A stretch of DNA of 38,288 bases, from positions 1-38,288 of the forward strand of contig RBNJ01000163.1 of assembly GCA_003990765.1 (NCBI GenBank), written 5' to 3'. The position numbers and the translations under genes are program-made. This document shows, in pieces, positions 1-11,722 of the stretch. Positions within the stretch are counted from its first letter, which is position 1. Each line of letters opens with the position of its first letter. The notes beneath the pieces are model-generated. The model did no database searches and was not told the origin of the DNA. It saw only the letters and a program-made list of their open reading frames with translations. This stretch comes from Jimgerdemannia flammicorona (lineage: Eukaryota).

Positions 1-946
1 CCCCTGTATATTCAATTTGAGATTTATTTGAAAATGCAAAAAGAATAGATGGATGAAACTCATTAATGGAATTACCTAAGTGACGACTATCAACAACTTT
101 GCGAACCGAAATGCAAGGACAGCAAAAATCTAATACGGTTTGCCTTTGCATGTGGAACCCGTTCCTTTTCTGTGAACTTGGTTGTATTTGGAGCAATTAC
201 TTTCCAATTTAGAAGAGGGGCTTACGGGCACGTGGAATACAAGCCCTTCCGTCCTCGCCAGTTGTGGAATGTGGCAGCCAATCTTCAACTACTGTCTATG
301 GTTGCAATCTGAATTGAATTTGCGCTCGCCAAGAACGTGGCGATCCTGTCTTGATCAGACAACTTGATGGAGCCTAACGAGGATTAATGTCCATCCAGAA
401 GCGAACGAGCAAGTCCGGATCCTCCCACAAAATTAATGCACAAACCATAAGAGGAAATGGTGACTTGGAGTTACCTTGACTCATATATCCATAGCCTGTA
501 ACACGACATGATTGTTGTGTATGTTAAGAGTCAACGATGGGGTTTCCCCACGCCACGCAATTCTACATTTCTGGCTCCCAAGCAGACTGGTTGCTCCACT
601 CGCTGTCAACCCGAGATTCCGACTCAGGGGTGCGACAACACGTTGAATTCTCCCCAATGATGGGAGTAGCCCTCCAGATTTTTTGCGTTGTCAAAAACCC
701 GTACCTTTTCTCGTGTATAGTAATTAAGTAGCGTTCCGTGACGAAGTCTTTGGTTTGGTAGTCTTGTGGCAGCCAAGCGATGTCCTATGCGGGATCTTGT
801 ACACACTTGCTTAGAAACTCAGAAAGTAATGTTACCAAAATTGGCAGACATTGGAATAAACTTCGGCATGGCCAGCCGATGTTAAGTAGTTGTAGCTGGT
901 ATATAAAATGGACTAAAGGTGTCTGCCAACTTGATAAGCTTCCGAT

Positions 947-2085
947 ATGGTCGAATTTACGGGCAAGACTCTACTTTTTGCATTCTTCGCTGTGGCTTGC
1001 ACCATCGTCGCAAACGCTGTGAAAACCGCCACTGTCTCCAAAGACGTCACGGGCCATTTCAGAACAGTAGGCACTTCAAAATAGTTGGTCATCTCAAACA
1101 TGGCTCTCGGTATTGGATGCTCAATCCCACCTTCTTCTAGATCGCCGCCGCTCTCGCCTCCATTCCCGACAATGACGAGGCTTGGGAAGTGGACATCTAT
1201 CCCGGTCTGTATGTGGAGCATTTGGTCATCAACCGTACCGGGCCTCTGACCTTACGTGGACATACCAACTGCACCGAAAGTAAATGCCAGCCAACGTACA
1301 AGGACAATGCGGTGACGATTGCCTGGAACGATTCCGCCACCAACGTAGGCATTGTTTGAGGGGGTTTTTTTAAGACATTATTGAGCCTTCATGTTCTGTC
1401 TCATTTACCGAATACCTTTTGCGTTGCCTCTCAGGGTACCACCAACGAACAAACCTCCGCAGTTTGGATCAGAACCAACAATTTCAAGGCATACAACATT
1501 AACTTCAATCAGACTTGGGGTGATGGTTGGTATGGACAAGGTCCACAAGCAGTTGCGGTAACCGTTGATGCCGATAAAGTGGGCTTCTACCATTCTGGTT
1601 TTTACGGTTGGCAGGACACGCTCTACGTTGGGGATAGTAAGTATAGCAGAAGTTTTTTTTTTTTTTTTTTTTTGGATAATATCATCTCGTTGTTTGGAGT
1701 TATAATAAACACATATTCTGTGATTCTTTAGAGTATCCTGGCAGGCAGTATTTCAAGGAATGCTACATTTCCGGAGGTAATTTTTCCGTCTTTTTGGTGT
1801 TCTGCTTTCGAAGCTGTGATTTAATGAACAACAACACTAATATTCTAACATTCATTCAATATATAGCCGTCGACTTCATCTTTGGCAATGCTTCGGCGTT
1901 CTTTGATAATTGCACCATCGCCTACGTCGGCACACGTGGATTCATGACCGCACAAAAAAAGCAATACGATACTCCCAATGCAACCATCAAATCTGGATTC
2001 GTATTTGATAAATGCCAAGTGATTGCCGCGAATAACACAAGGGGATCGCAAGATAACACTGCTGGTATATCTATATATTTGGCAG

Positions 2086-2122
<37 letters not shown>

Positions 2123-2565
2123 CACACTTAGAGATCACTCAAAAGAAGCACCTAATCGAACCTCACATGCATCTTCGGATTTTAGCTCTCGGAAGACCAT
2201 GGCGTAACCACTCCACCGTGATCTACATGAATTCCTTCATCGATAGGCACATTCAGCCGCAGGGATGGGCCACCTGGTATGCCAACACTTTGGGCGATTA
2301 TTCACATATTTATTACGCCGAGTATAACAATTATGGTCCCGGTTCGTGGGGTCCGGTAAGTGCTATTTACTTTTTGGCCTTCTGACGTGCGTCAAAGTAG
2401 ACCAACGAACGAACTAACCACGCACAATTTATGGTTTTCTGATGGTAGAATGTGGTGGCTCGTGAGACTCTCAACTTCACCCGTCTAATCAACGCAACCG
2501 AAGCCAACCAGTTCCAACTGCACGAGTGGTATGACGATTTGTCCTGGATCGATGGAAAGGCATGA
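947..2565 (+). CDS. Secreted pectin methylesterase (pectinesterase, CAZy CE8), 7 exons, ~351 aa
   Basis: Manual splice: exons 947-1066, 1141-1344, 1435-1636, 1732-1776, 1867-2064, 2186-2355, 2449-2565, all GT-AG, 1056 nt in frame. Signal-peptide-like N-terminus MVEFTGKTLLFAFFAVACTIVANA. CE8 motifs VSKDxxGHFRTIAAA, PGLYxE, QAVAV, GWQDTLY, AVDFIFG, LGRPW, GW, YYAEYNNYGPGS. TATA-like tatataaaa at ~900. Confidence 0.93.
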
Positions 2566-2816
2566 ACGTGGAACGGGAACCTGTCGTAGTAGTTTATATC
2601 TTCACTTGACGATTAACGTAGAGAAGTTGTAAGTTGTGGCATTACGTGAAATACGATTCGTATAGGGGACTAATAATGCGCAAATGGTTTTGAGTTGATT
2701 TGGTGAAACGAACCTCAAAAATATAATAAGAAAAACTGAAGAGCATAGTCAATGATAATCTATCATTTGATGTCAAAATCCAAAATCGATAAAAGGATAT
2801 GACAACGAAGTGTCCA

Positions 2817-2848
<32 letters not shown>

Positions 2849-3464
2849 AAGTAAAAAAAAAAAAAAAAAAAAAAATCTTGCTATTGCTATATACGGTAAT
2901 AAAGCCAATTAATTATTCCCATCGGGAACCAAGGAAAACGCTTGAGTCACCATCTTTTCGACAAGTCGTACGAAAAAGACAACATGGTGGGACACGATAT
3001 ATATAATTACGTAATTCAAAGTATATACGGACTTTACGTATGCAAATAAAAACAAGTAATGCGTGTGTATAGTGTTGCCCAGTTTGACGAGTTGTCAAGT
3101 TCGAGTGTTTTGACGCATTATTTTTCGGCGACACAGATGAATTAATTACGCTAGCTAAACTATAGGTGTTTTATTTTTCATGCTCGCACGTCCCAGAAAA
3201 CGTGTCGTGAGTTCGCCAGAACGGGGTATCGGAGACCAGGAAGAAACCCGAGCTGGGATTGATGTACCGCATGGGGAAAAGCCCCCACCCCCTTTGAAAA
3301 GATGAAATAGAGCATTACCAAGTAAAGTGGAACTGATGGTTGAACATGCTGAAGCATGATGTAAAGATGTCCGAGCACACCAGGGGTTAGGTTTAATATT
3401 AGATGGCTTTCTGTAATTTTTGCACCTTGTTTTACTGATAGAACCTTACCGCAAAAATATAACG

Positions 3465-3495
<31 letters not shown>

Positions 3496-3663
3496 ATACA
3501 TCAAATTTATGAATTCGCCCATGGTTTCACCATCCCGCCGATGTGTGGAATTGAGCATTGTACCTTTCACTCTTTCTAACTCCAACTAAAACAAATTGCC
3601 ACTTTACTTCCTTCTCTGTTTTGAAATGAACCTCCTCACCATCTTATGCGCGGGGGGGAGGGT

Positions 3664-3835
3664 TTAATTAATACTCTTCCACTTGTTCAATCTGTCCTTG
3701 CAGGTAGACTCATGTAATCTGATTGTGCTGAAGATAGCGCTGCCTACCAGTCTGACTGCTACATCGTCGGCAAAGGGCGATACCTTGAAGGGGAGATCTA
3801 GAATTGGTAGGTCTTTTAGACCTCGCCTTAAGGTA
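3664..3835 (-). mobile_element. Degenerate non-LTR (LINE) reverse transcriptase fragment
   Basis: Minus strand reads LRRGLKDLPILDLPFKVSPFADDVAV...HESTCKDRLNKWKS, resembling the RT FADD region and the downstream KLNxxK motif of the LINE at 36720-36890 (RIRNKIGGLDILGVNWKVGAFADDMVV...AKLNWHK). Confidence 0.6.
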
Positions 3836-4091
3836 CACAGAAAGATCCCACTACCATATGTGCGGAGGGCCGTGGAGAGTGCCTTTTTGTGCTCCTTTTT
3901 GGCGAGTGCGGCTTGCATGATTAATTGTCTTACGGTATGCGTAATCCGTACGCGCGGTTCTCCAGCATGCATGATTCCTTACACATATATGCTGGTGTGA
4001 TCATCTCTGATATCCTAAAGCCTTAGTAATTCTCAAATAATCTTCGATAACCCGAACCGAATAGAAACCAACCCGAACCTGAAGGAGCTGC

Positions 4092-4228
4092 GCGACGATC
4101 AGCTACTGTGTGACAATTTAACCACTGGGTGACGATTGGCCTTGCTAGGCGACGATTAGTCTTGCTAGGCGACGACTAGCCGAGTAATAACTTCTAGGTG
4201 ACGATTAGCCGCTGGCGACGACTGATAG
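4092..4228. repeat. Degenerate minisatellite, ~19-20 bp unit (GACGAYTAGYCTTGCTAGGC)
   Basis: GACGAY core recurs about 7 times (~4094, 4112, 4131, 4151, 4171, 4200, 4217). Flanked by ACCCGAACC at ~4050, ~4071 and ~4233. Confidence 0.7.
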
Positions 4229-4812
4229 TTGGACCCGAACCGATCGAGCGTTAGTACCTAATTGTCTCTCTCTGTGAATTCAACACGTTCTTTGTTATTT
4301 AGTGATAAGGCAACAGTATCACAATCTCTCAAATAAAAGGAAAAAAAAAAAAAACATAAACGGTAATTGCAGCTTTCCCACATACTGCAATACAGCAAAT
4401 TTCGAGTTCACTGCTACTTTAAGGCCTCGGTTTGAAAATGAAAATATATAGATATCTTGGACGAGGAATGGTTATTCCCAATTTCAACGACTAAATCAAA
4501 TTTATGTGAAAGCTGAGTATCGAGATTATATTGTGAATGTCAAACGGCCCAAGGTCAAGCAACCCAAGGTCAAGGTGTTGCTTTCCCGCGCCTGTCAGTG
4601 TGACTGGTGGGAACACGAGTTACGCTACTTTCAAATTTGACGGTAGGGAGGTTCGGCGACGATCTCGGTCAAGGAGAAATGTCCTAAAAATCCCGCAGTA
4701 GCGAGTACTAGGAAAATACCTAGGATGTGGTGGCCATTCAAATTGCGATTCCGAGACTCTGGAGCGATTACCCGATACCCAGAAATGCTATTTCTTAGGA
4801 ACCGTTCTGCCG

Positions 4813-6332
4813 CTTTGGCGGGGATCCCTACCTTGCTGGTATCGGCGCTGCCGAAACCATCATCGGCATCCAAAGTCAGGATGTGATCGCAACCGCATTG
4901 GCAACGAACAAGAACACTACCGCACGGCCGAACCATTCACGAAATGTACCTCTGGCCCTTTCATGTGCAGTTACAATCTGGTCAACAACACCTACGCTTG
5001 CGAGAATCCCAAAACCCTCAACAACATTCTTAAAGGCGAGTTGGGATTCCCTGGCTTTGTCATGAGCTACCATGAGTGGTGTGCTGTCAGCCCACTTTCG
5101 TTCAGGCGGTTAACAACGGCCCGGTTCCCTTGTCGAGGATGAACGACATGGCTACTCGCATTTTGACCCCTTGGTATCTCCTCCATCAAGACAGTGGTTT
5201 CCCTGCTGTCAACTTTGATGTTTTTAATGCATCAAAGAACCAAGGTGTCAATGTTCAACAAGATCACTACAAGATTATTCGTGCAGTCGGCGCGACTTCG
5301 ACGGTTTTGCAATCTGCACTTCCGCTCAAGAAGGCCAAGTCCATCGCCCTCATTAGTGCAGATACTGGACCAACCATTCGCCTGTGATGACCATGGTGTG
5401 ATGTTGGTACATTGATGGGGAAGTGATACCTCTGCATTCCCTTACCTTGTTGGAGATTTTTTCTTTTCTTCGTCCCCGCCCCCCCCCCCTCCCCTTTTAT
5501 ATTCGGATTTACAGTACATTTATTCTATCATGGTTTAGCCTTATCAGGGTATCCTTACTGAGTGGCAACACAGTTTACTGGTTTTCGGACGACTCGAACC
5601 TGCAAGGTGCCGCATCTGCCAACTACACCATGTTTTCGCCAACGCGAACTCTGGTGAAGAATACTGTCGAAGGAAACATGGGCGATCGCAACGATTTGAA
5701 TCTTTGGTACAACGGTAATGCTTTGATTGAAGTCAATCCCAACACTATCGTTGTTCTCCACACAGTCGGACCTGTCTTGATACTCTGGGCCAATCACCCC
5801 AACATCACTGCCATTGTGTATGCTCTCCTTCCCGGCCAGGAGTCCGGAAACGCTCTCGCTGATGTTCTCTTCGGTGATGTCAACCCTTCGGGTCGCCTTC
5901 CTCATACCATTGCCAAGAAGGCCTCCGATTACCCCGCCAACGTTCTCTACAACTCGAAGGGTCTCTTCATCGACTACCGTTGGTTTGGCCACAAGGACAT
6001 TGAACTTCTCTATACCTTCAAGTACTCGAAGCTTTCTGTCGCACAACGGTCGTCCCCTGCAGCGTCTCTGACGGTTACGGTCACAATCAAAACACCGGCA
6101 AGGTTGCGGGTGCTAAGATCGTCCAGTTGTATCTTGGATTCCCCAAATCGGCAGGCGAACCCCCCAAGGTCCTCCGTGGTTTCCAAAAGGTCTTCCTGTC
6201 ACGCTCGGCTTGAACCAGCAGGAATTGAGCGTCGCCGCCCAAAAATGGGTTGTGCCCTTGGGCCAATATACTGTGTATATACGTCGGAGCACAGGTTCCG
6301 CGACCTTCTCGGCGACCAGCCACAAGGATTAG
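4813..6332 (+). pseudogene. GH3 beta-glucosidase pseudogene (many short deletions and frameshifts)
   Basis: Fragments across frames: [78 protein letters not shown] (catalytic D-W missing), [78 protein letters not shown], and FN3-like NTGKVAG..VQLYLGFP...EPPKVLRGFQKV. Confidence 0.92.
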
Positions 6333-6615
6333 TACCACAACTCAGGGTTGGGCTTTTTATAGGGCACTCCAAATATGTTTAGAATTGCGTGTCAAGCGTC
6401 TGGTAAATGTTTGTCTTTTCATAATTATTTCTGTTAAATGAGCGGCCGTAAATCCTGTTCGAAGGTTCTTTCTTACCTTTGAGAAAGTTTAGAAACGGTA
6501 CTTATATTAAAATAAAATTACAAAAGCACATATCACATATTTGATGACAACTTCCTGTGTGTGTGTTTTTTTATTTAATTTAATTTAATTTAATTTATTT
6601 TATTTTATTTTATTT

Positions 6616-8653
6616 AAAACAGCTGAAGAATATCTGCAGTACATCTAGCAGATGATAGAGAAGCTAAGAAAGCATGACCTATACATTAAGCCCAAGAAGT
6701 GCAAATTTGCAGAAATTGAGATCTCCTACCTTGGTCATATTATTAACTGAGATGGAACACACACAGACCCTCTCAATATTTAAACAGTAGCAACATATCT
6801 AAGGCCCACCACTATCACTGAAGCCCAAGCCTTCATGGGACTTCCCTCATACTACCACAAATTTATCAAAGGATTCTCCAATATCACAGGCCCAATCTAC
6901 AAACTCAATAAGAAGAATATCAAGTTTCAATAGACTGATAAGTAACAAAAAGCATTTGATTAAAAAAAATAATAAACAAAAAAACAAAAAAAACAAAAAG
7001 CATTTGATGAACTCAAGATCAGACTGACCCAAGTACCCATTCTCATAAGATTCAATTAGACTCAAGAATTTATCCTGTAGACAGATGTAAGTATATAAGG
7101 ACTAGGAGTAGTCCTGGCTCAGAAAAAAGACAAAGTAGGATATATTATTATATATCTTAGTCAAGGAACCTAAGGAGTTGAAATGGAATATGAATTCTAT
7201 AAGTTAGAATGTCTCACAGTCATCTAGACTATAGAAAAGTTCTACTACTATCTTACCAGAAGACACTTTACCATTCAGACAAACTACTCAGCTCTCACCT
7301 AGTTACTGACCATTAGGCAACTCAAAGAAATCTATACCAGATGGATTATGAAGTTATAGGCCTATAATATAACCATTATGCACTACTCTGGAAGAACTAA
7401 TATCAATGTAGATACTTTCTTATAGATACTCTAAAGAACCTCCAACCTATAAATCAATAATGAATAAGGAGCTTTACTACAGAATTATCACCTATCTAGA
7501 ACAGCAAAAGATGCCCTAATATCTGGAAAAATGGATACAAATAATTATTAACAGAATGTAGAAACAATTTGAAACTAATGGAGAAATATTGAAGAAAGAA
7601 AAACTACTAGTCATATCTGAATACAAGAAGGAGCAAATAATGAAATTAGTATATGAACTCAACTATCTTGGAGGAACAAATACTTATAAAAAAGCAAAAA
7701 GAACAATATAGTGATCAGAAATGGAGAAAGATATTAGATAATTTGTCAAGATCTATAACAAATGCCAAAAATAGAAACAAGATCAACAAAATTAGATCTC
7801 AGAATTAGTATATATAGAATTAGTACCCTTTGCTTATATAGCAATAGATGTAATTATCTCTCTACTCTTGACTTTGAATTGTAATCAATATATCATTTTT
7901 ATTATAGATCTTTTTATAAAATAGATAGAGACAGAACTCCTCAAAGAAGCCAATGCATAATTGATTGCTAATTTCTTTTATAAAGAAATCATTTGCTGAT
8001 TTAAGACCCCATTATAAATAACTACAGATAGAGGAACAGAATTTGTAAATCAGATCTTTGAGGTTCTTTATAAGAAGTATAAGATCTAGTACATTTGGAC
8101 TATAGCCTATTACCTTTAAGAAAATGGATAAATAGAAAGAACCAATAAGACCCTCAAGAATATTATTACCAAGATTTATAATAACTATGAAAATTGGGAT
8201 CACTATCTATTAATAGAATTATCTGCTCTCTGAGATATTTAATCACAAAGCACTCATTTTATCTCTTGGGAAATGCTATTTAGAGAAGAAAGTTCTCAAG
8301 AAACCCTATTATCCAATAGAGATACTATATAGAAATACATGGACATAGAGATACAGAGACTATATCAAATCAGAAAGAAGGCTGAGAATTATATAACCAA
8401 GGTACAGGCACTATATATAATAGAATAATGCAAAAAGGATTTACAAGTCTCTAAAGATTATTAAGATAGAAGATATAGTCCTAGTATATTAAAATATAGT
8501 AGAGACTTCATGGTTATAAAAGCTAGAGCCTAAGTGGGAAAGACCTTACCTTGTGTAAGATATAAAAGAAACCATCTTTTAACTATAAAAACTCTCAGGT
8601 ATAATTATCTCTACTACTATTTACTAAAACTAACTCAAGAAGTATTATGGTTA
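6616..8653 (+). mobile_element. Ty3/Gypsy LTR retrotransposon pol relic (RT C-terminus, RNase H, integrase), hypermutated, 5' part missing
   Basis: KPKKCKF..ISYLGHII, AFMGLPSYYHKFIKGFS (RT/linker); FIL*TDVS..GLGVVLAQ, KLECLTVI*TIEKFYYYL, QTNYSAL (RNase H); DIR*FVKIYNKCQK (zinc finger); IAIDV, ITTDRGTEFVN, ENG*IERTNKTLK (DDE core). Order RT-RH-IN is Gypsy type. Stops are TAA/TAG/TGA revertible by C>T/G>A. Confidence 0.93.
6944..7008 (+). mobile_element. Poly(A)-only retroposition scar: 31-nt A-rich insert with 17-bp TSD
   Basis: AACAAAAAGCATTTGAT at 6944-6960 and 6992-7008 flanks TAAAAAAAATAATAAACAAAAAAACAAAAAA. Removing the insert plus one copy restores the pol frame (QKAFD-ELK). Confidence 0.85.
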
Positions 8654-9153
8654 ATTAATAGAGTATTGTTATAGCTCTCAAGATCACTAATACTATATAA
8701 TAAGCTATAGAAAGACAATAGTATACTACTGAGCCACCTACAATGGAGGAATCCTTCAATAATATTCAGAGTATAGTACAGATATACTTGTTACAAATTT
8801 TACATTTTAAGGTCTACTAGAACTAGACTGAGTTTCAAGAATACTTTAAGTTAGGACAGCTACTGAACTTACAGTCAGAGATGGAAAAAGAAGACTGGAT
8901 TAGAGAGTGTCAGCTCTCTTATACTCAAATTACTATTGCTAAATAGGTTAACAAATTGTTTAAAGATAATGAGCCAGCCATAGCTCATTTCTGAGAAATA
9001 GTTCTAAGAGACTTTAGATATATTAAGAGACACTATTAGGAGAATATAATGATACAAATTATATAGTATAAGAAGATACAACTGGTGGAAGCTTTGGAGG
9101 TCAAGTGAATAGAATATTTCATAAATAAATCTCTATTCAGGAGAAAGTTGTGA
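8647..9153 (+). pseudogene. Extra ~168-codon ORF between Gypsy integrase and 3' LTR (unknown function)
   Basis: ATG 8647 overlaps the integrase end (LKKYYG). A single frame runs to TGA 9151-9153, and internal stops are all revertible to CAA/CAG/TGG/CGA: ...EPPTMEESFNNIQ...EFQEYFKLGQLLNLQSEMEKEDWIRECQLSYTQITIAK*VNKLFKDNEPAIAHF*EIVLRDF... Confidence 0.6.
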
Positions 9154-9624
9154 TGGTTGATACAAATTAGGAATATGAATCAGAAGAATAAATATTTGAT
9201 CACAGTATCTGAATCCAATTCTCAAATATAGTATAGTCTTACAAATAGCAGTCATTTCACAAATATTAAAGTTTTGACAAATGTTAATATTTTTACAAAT
9301 ATTAAGATTTCACAGATATTAAAGATTTAATAGATATTAAGAATTAATACTTGTAAAAAGTAACTTATAGAAAACATAGTTATAACTTAGCTATCTTATA
9401 GCTAGCAAACTTGTATAAATATCTCCAATATCTAAAGTAAATAAACCTCAGATTGAAATAGTTCAAAGCAAAGAGAAAGCAAGAGAACTAATAAATCTGT
9501 AGATAGATATACTTCAAACTCACTCACTTCTACATCTTAAGAACTCTACAGAGTCAAAGAAGATTAAGTTTTCAAGATACAGAAATCCAATATACTTATA
9601 TAATTATATATTTACTATATTACA
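9149..9624 (+). repeat. 3' LTR of the Gypsy element (~476 bp)
   Basis: Preceded by purine tract AGGAGAAAG (PPT). Starts TGTGATGG and ends TATTACA, which reverts to the terminal inverted pair TGTGACG..CGTCACA. Internal TATAAAT (~9414) then AATAAA (~9439), and ~17-18-bp tandem repeats at 9256-9342. Confidence 0.7.
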
Positions 9625-9649
9625 ATATATATAGAAGCTGATTATATAT

Positions 9650-11580
9650 TTAAAATTTCCAATTCTATAGTAACTAAATAATATATAATAGAATAAAACT
9701 TTCAAATTATAGTATATAGATTAAAAATGACAATATATATATTACAATCTTATATTTAAATCTAAATAACTATATATATACTCTTTTAATTAATAGAATT
9801 AACTATAAGAATATCTTCTAATAAGATATATCTTACTATAAATATATAAGTATCAAATAAGGATCATCAAGACTAAATATATAAATAGTCTATCTACTCT
9901 TAGCTTAGTAATATAAAAGCTCATTATATTATCTTAATATTATATATTATAGTTATAACTATATATTATTTATTTATTTAGCTTATATATTTTATATTTA
10001 TCTTAAGTAGTATTGATAAAAATGATAATTAAATATTAATATAATAAATTTTCTTTTAAATATTTGAGCTTTAAGAATCAAGATTTACATCAATTGATAA
10101 ATAAGCAAGTATACTAAAATTTCATAATCTCTAAGTTTCTTACAATACTAAAAATACTACTACTAAATATAATATATATATATAAGTATATTCAAATATA
10201 GCTAAAAAGATCCCTAAATAAGAATCTATTATTTATAATTATACACTTGTCTTTACTGAATTTACTATTAAGCTAGGACTATTTTACTAAGTACTAGTTC
10301 AGATACATATCTCTATTACTTAATAAAATTTTCTAGCTAATAGTATCATTATACTACTAGAGAAGAGATCTAGCTAGTTCTATATAGTTTGTAATTATAG
10401 ATTAATTATTATAACTAAATAAAGTCACATTTGTAAAGCTGGAGAATATTTATAAAATTATAAAATAACTTTCAGTAGATTTAGAGTATTAATTATAAAG
10501 TTTATCAATATATAAGATTATATTAGTTATTTTTTATTAAAAGATACTCAGTCTTTAAGGTAATGCTATATAGAAATATATAAGAAGATTTTTCTTATTA
10601 TATTATTCTCAATGATATTATCTCTATTATACTCAATATTATCTTTAGCTTTATTCATACTAAGACTATTGAAAATATTATTGAAACTTCTATTATAATA
10701 AGAATATATTATATAGTCAGGTTTTTTCTCCTCTCTAAGCTTATAAAGATAGTACTGGAATATGTATATAATCTTTACTAGTCTTAGTATTGTCTCATTA
10801 CTTCTCAATAAAGCCATCACTACTATCTCCTAAAGTGAAGCTAATAAGAATCTCTATAATATACTTCTCAACTATTTCTGTACTCAAAAGCTTACTATTA
10901 ATAAGATGACTAATCTTTTCAAAGAAGTTCTTAAACTACTCTTTATTAAGATAGTGACTCTTTTTATATCTAAGCATAATTTATTATATTAACTAAGTTT
11001 GAATATATAATAAGAATATACTATCTGTTTTGAAGTGCTATACTATTTTATATAATATCAATAATATGGTAGCAGAGTATAATTGTACAGTCTAGTTGAG
11101 AGATGATATATTGTATATCTTATTTCTTAAACTAATAGATTACTCTAACCTTACACTCATTTATCTATATTAACTTAAGAACCTTGTAGAGGTAGTTAAC
11201 ATATTTGTAGAGACCTCTCTATATTATATTTATAGTGTTTTATCATTATGTCTGCAAGAATACTATATATTCTACAGAGTATCTGTCTTTTGTATTATGA
11301 AAAAGCATATTACAATATCAGTCTCTAGTAGGATCAATCAAAAGTCAATTCTCAATTAGTTATTTCTGAAGATAGTCTGATTGTGAAGCTTTTATCAAGA
11401 GCTTTAGAAGTAATAAGGCAGATAGTATGACTTTCTATTCTTAGAGCAGAAGTTTACAGCAATCTATATAAATGGGACATTATTGTTAAATTCATTAGAT
11501 CATTTGACAACTTGGGTATCTGTATGATTGAACTTGTTGAAGAGGAATTCACACATTTTGATAGCCACATGCAAGATTGA
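9650..11580. pseudogene. Extremely hypermutated non-TE segment; 9650-10410 is a paralogue of 11590-11722 + 13041-13855
   Basis: Collinear matches, e.g. 10243-10277 vs 13708-13742 (13 of 35 differences, all C>T or G>A); 9775-9915 vs 13041-13165; 9991-10025 vs 13293-13330. The distal part has a near-open frame (VKLLSRALEVIRQIV*LSILRAEVYSNLYKWDIIVKFIRSFDNLGICMIELVEEEF) of unrecognised family. Confidence 0.65.
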
Positions 11581-11722
11581 CTGTATGCTTGGAATTTTCA
11601 ATTCTACAGTAGTTATCAAAAATATATAATAGAACAAAGTATTCTAATTATAATATATATATTAAAAACAATGATAACATAATCTTATATTTAAATTTAA
11701 ATGATAATATATGCACTCTTTC

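Noticed and set aside
3225..3300. Minus-strand VHQSQLGFLPG resembling the LINE RT QxGF motif
   Set aside because: Too short, and in the wrong order relative to the FADD fragment at ~3770; may be chance.
1794..3585. ORFs with poly-Phe or poly-Lys runs
   Set aside because: They are translations of intronic or intergenic T/A homopolymers, not proteins.
4092..4228. Repeat array as a CRISPR
   Set aside because: Units are contiguous without unique spacers, there are no cas genes, and the context is eukaryotic.
5423..6382. 319-aa ORF as a functional gene
   Set aside because: It is a chance-open part of the GH3 pseudogene that starts in intron-like sequence, lacks conserved blocks and shifts frame near 6090.
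11067..11077. TGGTAGCAGAG, a tRNA-iMet PBS-like motif
   Set aside because: No identifiable LTR upstream or gag downstream; probably coincidental.
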